Source of the DNA: Deltaproteobacteria bacterium
GTDB lineage: Bacteria > Desulfobacterota > RBG-13-43-22
Direction of reading: 5' to 3'
NCBI GenBank assembly: GCA_016219225.1
Contig: JACRBX010000048.1
Location: forward strand, 11,952-75,951
Length of the DNA stretch: 64,000 nucleotides
Positions 58,177 through 64,000 of the stretch are shown one piece after another. The first letter of the stretch is position 1. Each line of letters begins with the position of its first letter. The position numbers and the translations under genes are program-made. The notes under the pieces are model-generated. The model saw only the letters and a list, made by a program, of their open reading frames with translations. It was not told the origin of the DNA and made no database searches.

Positions 58177-58338
58177 ATGTGTTGCCATACCAAAGAGAAA
58201 CATGAACACGAGCATGAGCATACCGAGGAGGCTCATACCCACGATGGGCATGAACACAAGCATGAACCGCAAAAGCATGCCCATGAGCATCGTCATGATG
58301 ACGACCATCATGACCACCAGCATCAGTGCTGCCATTAA
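58177..58338 (+). CDS. Histidine-rich micro-protein (53 aa, MCCH...CCH), putative metal-binding
   Basis: Absent from the ORF track (below 60 aa). Strong SD AAGGAGGTGA lies 7 nt before the ATG. Product MCCHTKEKHEHEHEHTEEAHTHDGHEHKHEPQKHAHEHRHDDDHHDHQHQCCH; a hairpin plus T-tract follows the stop. Confidence 0.6.
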   Translation: MCCHTKEKHEHEHEHTEEAHTHDGHEHKHEPQKHAHEHRHDDDHHDHQHQCCH

Positions 58339-58365
58339 AGGGAAGCCACAACTTTAGTTACAAAA

Positions 58366-58428
58366 GAAGCCACGAAGGCAATCACCTGGTCTGAAGATCG
58401 GGAGGTTTTCGTGGCTTCCCTTTTTTAG
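58366..58428 (+). terminator. Intrinsic terminator after the His-rich ORF, with an alternative 5' pairing partner
   Basis: gaagccacgaa...ttcgtggcttc followed by ccttttttag. An upstream gggaagccac (58341-58350) can also pair with the same 3' arm. Confidence 0.55.
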
Positions 58429-58477
58429 AGAGGGATTACGTTGATGTACCTTTTCAAGAACAAGGATTCTTTTTTTA

Positions 58478-58508
58478 TTGACATCTGAGGAGAAACTGTC
58501 GTATTAAT
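58478..58508 (+). promoter_or_regulatory. Sigma-70-type promoter candidate for the TonB-dependent receptor operon
   Basis: TTGACA, 18-nt spacer, TATTAAT. Confidence 0.45.
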
Positions 58509-58567
58509 TTGTTTCAGGAAGGCTACGAAGGCCATTCCTTGTTTGATTAAAAGCAAGTATCTTAGTT

Positions 58568-58625
58568 AAGGCCACGAAGGCCAGGGCTGAAAAACAGCCG
58601 GGTTTTCTTGGCCTTTTTTATTTCA
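58568..58625 (+). promoter_or_regulatory. Leader hairpin plus U-tract (attenuator/riboswitch-like) in the receptor 5' leader
   Basis: aaggccacgaaggccagggctgaaaaacagccgggttttcttggccttttttatt. The GCYACGAAGGC motif is repeated three times (58369, 58524, 58571), which allows alternative pairings. Confidence 0.4.
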
Positions 58626-58862
58626 GGGGAAAGGACTTTACGCTGATCAAGCGTGCGTTTTAAGTGACATACAAGGAGGTGTTGGAGGAGATGAAACTCC
58701 AATGCCTATAAGGAAATGGGTAAAGATAAGAAGCCGGCAGGGCCACAACCTTTGGCCAGGGGCGCCCTGCCGGCAGGAGTAACGTCGTACCGAACAAACG
58801 CCCCCCTTTTTAGTTAATACCAGAAAGGGGGTGAAAAAACAAAAAGAAAAAGGAGGAAATCT

Positions 58863-61172
58863 ATGAGGTGGTTCCTTACTGTTTTTATGAGCCTTCTTCT
58901 GAGTTGGATTATTAATATGCCATTGTCGCAGGCCGAAGAGATAATGGAAAAGCCCGGACAGGAAGAAACCAAACTTGAGCTTGAGGAGATTGTCGTCACC
59001 CCCACCGGCAGGATATCGAATGAAGCCTTGGTCAACATCCCCGCCGTAGTCGAATCCTTAACCCCCGAAGGTATTGAGCGGATCAATGCCATTGATACCT
59101 CGGATGTCTTCAAGTACCTGCCCGGTTCCTATTTACGTAAACTTGCCCCGGGCTCCACCAACAGGCCTTTGATCATCCGGGGCAATGCCTCGTTTCTGAC
59201 CGCCCGGACCCTGGTGCTGGCCGACGGAATCCGGATCAGCGATTTTCTGGCCGCCGGAAACAGCAACGGACCCAAATGGCAGATGGTGGCACCCGAGGAG
59301 ATCGAGCGGGTGGATGTCATTTACGGCCCCTATTCGGCGGCCCTCAGCGGCAATTCGCTTTCCGGTACGGCTATGATCACCACCCGCTTTCCTCAAAAGA
59401 GGGAAATCCGGGCCGATGCCAATACCTTCTATCAGAACTTCCAGGAATACCATACCAATCTGGACCTCCGGGGATACACGGCCAACGTCTCCTATGGAGA
59501 TAAAATCGGGGGGCTTTCTTTCCTGGCCTGGTATGACCGGCTTGAGACGGACGTCCAGCCAACCACCTACATTACCAGGCAGGCCTCGGCCGGAGGTGTC
59601 TCCGGGGGCAGTGCAGTCACCGGATGGGTATCCGATTCGGATCCCAAGGGAGCGAAAAGATACATTCTGGGAAGCTACGGGAAGCAGGAACTGGTGAACA
59701 ACACCCTTAAGGTCAAAATGGCCTATGATTTAACCTCCGAGCAACAGATCCGTTTTATCTGGGCTTTTTGGGACAGCCGGCAACAAAACGGCGCACCAGA
59801 AACCTATTTGCGGGACGCCCAGGGAAGGCCGGTCTACTCAGGACCGGTGGTCATAAACGGTAAGAGTTATAATCTGGCTGCCAACACCTTCACCTACCAA
59901 AAGGCAGAAAAACAGGACTTTCTCTATGCCCTCACTTATGGGCTCAACTCGGCAACCGGTCTGAAACTGTCGGTCTCCACCAGCTTCTATAATCTGGCCA
60001 AAGACATCACCCGTCAATCGGGCGTAAGCCCTACGGTGTCCGAAAGCGGAGGAGCGGGCAAGGTAACGGATAATGACAATGGCTGGAATACGGCCGATCT
60101 GAAAGGTTCATACGATCTTAAATGGCTTGGTGTGCATACCCTTGGGACCGGTTACCACTTCGACCGTTATTATGTAGACTCGTCGACCTGGAACGCCTCG
60201 GATTGGGATAGGGACATCCGGACCAGTCTCAGTCAAAGGGATCAAGGGAAAACGGAGACCCATGGTTTTTTTCTGGAAGACACCTGGAACCTCGACAAAC
60301 AATGGTCCGTCTATCTGGGAGGCCGGTATGAATGGTGGAAGGGATTCGACGGGGCCAAATCGACCGACGGACTTACCGGACGCATCACAACCGGTCTGGC
60401 CGATAAAAACGAAAAGGGGTTTTCCCCGAAATTCTCAACCACCTTTAAACCATCGGAGGACTGGCGGCTCCGTTTTTCCCTCGGATTGGCCAATCGATAC
60501 CCCACAGTCGGGGAACTCTATTACGGGGGGATTACCTCCCAGGGAATGATCAACAACGGCAATCCTGATCTGAAGCCGGAGAAGATCTTCGCCAAGGATT
60601 TCACCATTACCCGCGCCCTTGGCAGTCTGGGGGATACCCGTCTGACCTTTTTCGAAGATGACGTCAAGGACGCCATTAACAACCAAACCAGCTTCTATAC
60701 CAATTGGACCAACTACCAGAACGTCGATGAGGTCAGGACCAGAGGGATCGAGTTGGCTGTAAATCTGCAAAGATTCCTGATCCCCGGTCTGGGATTATTT
60801 ACCAATGTCGCCTGGACCGAGTCGGAGATTCTGAGGAACGACAATGTCCCGGCCAGCGTCGGTAAGACCTTCCCCCGGGTGCCGAAATGGCGGCTGAAAT
60901 GCGTTCTGGACTATGCCCCTTCGGAACGCTGGTTTGTGACCTTCAGCGGGCATTATGCCAGCAAACAGTTCGGAACGCTGGACAACAGCGATACCAACGA
61001 CGGATATGGTGCAATCGATCGTTTCCTGGTTTTTGACACCAAGTTTTCCTATAAACTGCACAAGAATCTGACGGCCGCCGTCGGGGTCGACAACCTCACC
61101 AACGTATTATATCACGTTTCCCACCCCTATCCGAGAAGGACCTTTTTTGCCAATTTGAAATTTAATTTTTAA
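58863..61172 (+). CDS. TonB-dependent outer-membrane receptor
   Basis: Signal peptide, plug domain, a 22-strand-barrel-like region and a terminal aromatic residue (...LKFNF); 769 aa. Confidence 0.9.
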   Translation: MRWFLTVFMSLLLSWIINMPLSQAEEIMEKPGQEETKLELEEIVVTPTGRISNEALVNIPAVVESLTPEGIERINAIDTSDVFKYLPGSYLRKLAPGSTNRPLIIRGNASFLTARTLVLADGIRISDFLAAGNSNGPKWQMVAPEEIERVDVIYGPYSAALSGNSLSGTAMITTRFPQKREIRADANTFYQNFQEYHTNLDLRGYTANVSYGDKIGGLSFLAWYDRLETDVQPTTYITRQASAGGVSGGSAVTGWVSDSDPKGAKRYILGSYGKQELVNNTLKVKMAYDLTSEQQIRFIWAFWDSRQQNGAPETYLRDAQGRPVYSGPVVINGKSYNLAANTFTYQKAEKQDFLYALTYGLNSATGLKLSVSTSFYNLAKDITRQSGVSPTVSESGGAGKVTDNDNGWNTADLKGSYDLKWLGVHTLGTGYHFDRYYVDSSTWNASDWDRDIRTSLSQRDQGKTETHGFFLEDTWNLDKQWSVYLGGRYEWWKGFDGAKSTDGLTGRITTGLADKNEKGFSPKFSTTFKPSEDWRLRFSLGLANRYPTVGELYYGGITSQGMINNGNPDLKPEKIFAKDFTITRALGSLGDTRLTFFEDDVKDAINNQTSFYTNWTNYQNVDEVRTRGIELAVNLQRFLIPGLGLFTNVAWTESEILRNDNVPASVGKTFPRVPKWRLKCVLDYAPSERWFVTFSGHYASKQFGTLDNSDTNDGYGAIDRFLVFDTKFSYKLHKNLTAAVGVDNLTNVLYHVSHPYPRRTFFANLKFNF

Positions 61173-61182
61173 AGGAGATCCA

Positions 61183-61980
61183 ATGAAAAAGATGATAGAC
61201 CAAAAATCGTTCCGGATGTTTTTTATTGTTTTTCTGTTTTCGATGGTCCCTGTGGGGTTAAGCCAGGCACATGACACCTGGATCAATATGCAGAACTACC
61301 GGCTCAACCAATCCGATCCGGCAGTACTTAGTGTGACCAATGCCCACAGCTTCGTGATCCCCGGCAAGGAGTTGCTGCCGTCAGGCCAGGTGGACACAGT
61401 CTTGTTTTTAAGCCCTGATGGTAAGGAAATCCCTTCCATACCGGAAGGAAACGAGAAATATAAATCCAACCTTCCCCTCAAGACCGATGGGTCCTATATG
61501 GCGGTCGTTAAAAAAAAGGTCTTGTTTTCCAGCAAGACCGTGGATGGCTACCAACGGGGAAAGAATAAAAGAGACCTGAAGGACGTCATCGAGTGCAGCC
61601 ATTCGGAGAAATATGCCAAGGCCCTTTTCACGGTTGGGGTTGCGGCAGGGGACGTTTACTCAAAGGTCCTGGGCCATCCGATGGAAATAGTTCCCTTGCA
61701 GGATCCAGGCAAACTCAAAGCAGGCGATCTATTGATGGTCAAGATCCTCATTCGGGGAAATCCGGCCAGGAACACCCTTTATGGGACCTATGCCGGATTT
61801 TCCACTGAGCCCAACACCTTTGCCTATACCACTTCGACGGATAAAGAGGGGGTCGCCAGGATCAGGCTCCTTAAAGAGGGCCTATGGCTGCTGATCGCCC
61901 GGCAGGATTTTGCTTACCCGGATCCGACGGTCTGCGACAAACAATCCTATGCGGCTTCCCTGACTTTCCAGGTCAGGTAG
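61183..61980 (+). CDS. DUF4198 (CbiK/NikK-like) periplasmic Ni/Co uptake component
   Basis: Signal peptide, then a mature N-terminus AHDTWIN. This family is typically linked to TonB-dependent Ni/Co transporters. Confidence 0.7.
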   Translation: MKKMIDQKSFRMFFIVFLFSMVPVGLSQAHDTWINMQNYRLNQSDPAVLSVTNAHSFVIPGKELLPSGQVDTVLFLSPDGKEIPSIPEGNEKYKSNLPLKTDGSYMAVVKKKVLFSSKTVDGYQRGKNKRDLKDVIECSHSEKYAKALFTVGVAAGDVYSKVLGHPMEIVPLQDPGKLKAGDLLMVKILIRGNPARNTLYGTYAGFSTEPNTFAYTTSTDKEGVARIRLLKEGLWLLIARQDFAYPDPTVCDKQSYAASLTFQVR

Positions 61981-61985
61981 CAATT

Positions 61986-62115
61986 GGTGGGTTACGCTTC
62001 GCTGCACCCACCCTACGGGAATATTGCCATAGGATCGAAAAAAACTTTGTCCAGGTGGATTGCCCCATCGCCTAACCCAAAATGTAGGGTGGGTGGAGTG
62101 ATAGCGGAACCCACC
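61986..62115. repeat. ~130-bp palindrome made of two inverted copies of the 31-bp gtagggtggg...aacccacc motif
   Basis: ggtgggttacgcttcgctgcacccaccctac ... gtagggtgggtggagtgatagcggaacccacc, flanked by caattgg/ccaattaat. Confidence 0.7.
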
Positions 62116-62135
62116 AATTAATAAGGAAATTCCAT

Positions 62136-62642
62136 ATGAGAAAACCCAATTTTTTTTATTACAACCAGACCTGTAGGGCCGGGGTCATCCAAACCGGCCT
62201 GCTGGTCATGATTATCGGGATAGTAGCCGGACTCAGCCCTCCGGCCACGGCCCACACCATTCAATATCAGGTCGAAAACAAAGGGATCAGCGTCAGGATT
62301 TTTTCCGGACCGGATAAGCCGATAAGTTATTCCGCCTATGAAATCTTCGGCCCTTCCGATAAAATTCCCCACCAGAAAGGCCGGACGGATAAAAACGGTT
62401 TTGTCTCCTTTCTGCCCGACCGGCAGGGGAAATGGGTGGTCCAGGTTCAGGAAGATTCCGATCACGGCCCCCACGGAGCCCGGATCACGATCGAAGTCAA
62501 TCAAAACCTTTTCATGAAATCCTTTAAAAAACCTCTGGTCGCCCAATATACCAAAGGCCTTGTCGGCGTCAGCTTTATCCTGGCCATTTTCGGGATTTGG
62601 GCCTTATTGAAATCGAAAAGGAGAAAAAATGGATTGGCTTAA
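62136..62642 (+). CDS. Membrane-anchored periplasmic transthyretin/CarboxypepD_reg-like protein
   Basis: Signal peptide (cleavage near ATA-HT), a TDKNGFVSF motif and a C-terminal TM helix ([16 protein letters not shown]). Confidence 0.55.
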   Translation: MRKPNFFYYNQTCRAGVIQTGLLVMIIGIVAGLSPPATAHTIQYQVENKGISVRIFSGPDKPISYSAYEIFGPSDKIPHQKGRTDKNGFVSFLPDRQGKWVVQVQEDSDHGPHGARITIEVNQNLFMKSFKKPLVAQYTKGLVGVSFILAIFGIWALLKSKRRKNGLA

Positions 62643-63063
62643 AATGGCCGTAGATTACGGTATCATTGGATTTTTAATTATTCTCAGCATGATTGCCATT
62701 GGGATCGCCATTGAAAGGTTTTTCGTTTTCAGGCAGATCCGGATCGAGGGTTTTCCGGACCAAAAGACCCTCGAGCTGGAACTCACCCGAAAGCTCCATC
62801 TCATCGCCACGATCGGCAGCAACGCCCCCTATATCGGTCTTCTGGGTACGGTCCTGGGTATCATGCTTACTTTTTATACCATCGGGCAGGAGGGCTTTAT
62901 GGATACGGGCAAGATCATGGTCGGCCTGGCCCTGGCCCTGAAAGCCACGGCCGTCGGTCTTCTGGTAGCCATTCCTTCCGTATCGTTATACAATTTTCTG
63001 CTTAGAAAAATTAAGGTTTTGCTGATGTCTTGGGAGATTGAACATGGAAGAAAAGTCCTTTGA
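62629..63063 (+). CDS. exbB: ExbB/TolQ/MotA family proton-channel protein (short form)
   Basis: 144 aa with 3 TM segments and an ExbB-like signature ([10 protein letters not shown]). Confidence 0.7.
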   Translation: MDWLKMAVDYGIIGFLIILSMIAIGIAIERFFVFRQIRIEGFPDQKTLELELTRKLHLIATIGSNAPYIGLLGTVLGIMLTFYTIGQEGFMDTGKIMVGLALALKATAVGLLVAIPSVSLYNFLLRKIKVLLMSWEIEHGRKVL

Positions 63064-63424
63064 TTATATCAATGTCATCCCCTTAGTGGATGTCATGCTG
63101 GTCCTCCTGACCATTACCCTGACCACCTCTTCCTTTATAGCCAGCGGGATGATCCCCATGGATCTGCCTAAGGCCCATCGAAGCCAGGGAGAAATACTGA
63201 AGACCCAGACGGTGGAAATCGATAAGGCAGGAAAAATTTATCTGAATACCAAACCGGTATCTCTGGAAGGGTTGAAAACCAGCCTGGCCTCCATGAACAA
63301 AAAAGTCCCGGTCCTGATTCGGGCCGATCGGCAGCTCATCCTGCAGACCTTTGTCAGTGTCCTGGATGTGGTCAAGGGTCTGGAATTTTCCAGGGTGAGT
63401 CTGCAGACCGAGGAGGTAAAATGA
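63038..63424 (+). CDS. exbD: ExbD/TolR biopolymer transport protein
   Basis: 128 aa with a single N-terminal TM ([14 protein letters not shown]) and a periplasmic domain. Confidence 0.8.
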   Translation: MNMEEKSFDYINVIPLVDVMLVLLTITLTTSSFIASGMIPMDLPKAHRSQGEILKTQTVEIDKAGKIYLNTKPVSLEGLKTSLASMNKKVPVLIRADRQLILQTFVSVLDVVKGLEFSRVSLQTEEVK

Positions 63425-64000
63425 GAGTCCAGGTCAAAGCCTTCCAGATCTCCTTTTTGTTTCATAGCATCCTGTTGGTCGCCGCCCTGGGTCTAAGCAC
63501 CCAAATGGGAGTGTCAATAAAGATAATGGTCCTGGACTTCAACTTGTACAAACCGGAACCTTTAGTCAAAACAGTCGCCTCGCCCCCCACGGCTCCCCTC
63601 CCCCGGAAAAAAGAGATGAAAACCAACCAGGCTCAAAGCTTAACGAAAAATGAACCCCTTGAGCAGGTTAAAAAACCCGAAGCAGCCCCACCCGTGGACA
63701 TTCCACCAGTGGTGAACCCCCCGGAAGTCCAAAGTACGGAAAGCCCGTCCCTGGGTCTAAGAATGGTTGTCGGCACAAAGTCCGCCCAGGAGGGCGTCGC
63801 GGGTACTCCTGGTCGGGTGAGGGACGGGACCGGAACCGGCCTGGGGACAGGCCAAGTTACAGGCGGCGGAGAAAATCCAGGTTCGGATGGCAAGACCGAG
63901 GCAGCCAAAGCCCGATATCTTAAAGAACACTTCGCCTATATCCGGGATAAAATTCTTAATAATATCAGCTACCCGACACTGGCGCGCCGTATGGGCTGGC
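63421..64000 (+). CDS. tonB: TonB energy transducer, 3' end beyond window
   Basis: N-terminal TM, a Pro-rich spacer (PPTAPLPRKKE...PPVDIPPVVNPPEV) and the start of the C-terminal domain; the ORF is still open at the window end. Confidence 0.7.
   Translation, partial: MRVQVKAFQISFLFHSILLVAALGLSTQMGVSIKIMVLDFNLYKPEPLVKTVASPPTAPLPRKKEMKTNQAQSLTKNEPLEQVKKPEAAPPVDIPPVVNPPEVQSTESPSLGLRMVVGTKSAQEGVAGTPGRVRDGTGTGLGTGQVTGGGENPGSDGKTEAAKARYLKEHFAYIRDKILNNISYPTLARRMGW

Noticed and set aside
58177-58338. The His-rich ORF as a histidine-attenuation leader peptide
   Set aside because: His codons are interleaved with Glu/Lys rather than consecutive, the downstream genes are metal uptake rather than his biosynthesis, and the ORF has a strong SD and its own terminator. 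A metal-binding micro-protein is more likely.
58513-58862. Cobalamin riboswitch in the TonB-dependent receptor leader
   Set aside because: The repeated motif is GCCACGAAGGC rather than the B12-box (GCCACUG), and I cannot find the conserved GGUG...AAUCC elements. It is kept only as a generic attenuator/riboswitch candidate.

Overview
GC-rich window with the gene content and codon usage of a Desulfobacterota-like anaerobe; roughly 55 protein-coding genes, and every gene between 6.9 kb and 57.2 kb lies on the minus strand. No rRNA, tRNA, CRISPR array or obvious transposase was seen. Left to right: (1) the 3' part of acetyl-CoA synthetase. (2) A compact plus-strand operon encoding a Pup/UBact-like 64-aa protein ending in EGE, a PafA/Dop-family Pup ligase homologue, two hypothetical proteins and a B12-binding radical SAM enzyme with a CX4CX2C motif, with no proteasome or ATPase partner in sight. 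(3) A FIST plus hybrid histidine kinase signalling unit. (4) A minus-strand cofactor island: a mycofactocin-coupled SDR, mftA (precursor ending VDGICGIY), mftB, mftC and an MftF-like GT2, followed directly by larB and larC (nickel-pincer cofactor genes), then a tungsten-type aldehyde:ferredoxin oxidoreductase. (5) An Fe-S module (Mrp/ApbC and two DUF362 ferredoxin-domain proteins) under a sigma-54 promoter next to an NtrC-type two-component pair, with an Fe-type alcohol dehydrogenase. (6) A large anaerobic acyl-CoA catabolic island: two TRAP transporters, two acyl-CoA synthetases, an AbfD-like dehydratase, an FAD oxidoreductase, TetR and MarR regulators, a three-subunit molybdenum hydroxylase, an acyl-CoA dehydrogenase, a ketopantoate-reductase-like gene, a GlcD/GlcF/GlcD-like triad and a carboxyltransferase. 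(7) A plus-strand metal (probably Ni/Co) uptake locus: an untracked 53-aa His-rich micro-ORF (MCCH...CCH), a structured leader, a TonB-dependent receptor, DUF4198, a small anchored transthyretin-like protein, ExbB, ExbD and TonB, bracketed by a 31-bp palindromic motif in three copies. Intergenic DNA throughout carries a distinctive repeat family (a hairpin plus a conserved GGCACCACGAAGCATGAAAAT core) flanked by 7-8-mer tandem arrays. Most novel candidates: the proteasome-less Pup-ligase/radical-SAM operon and the mycofactocin-LarBC hybrid operon.
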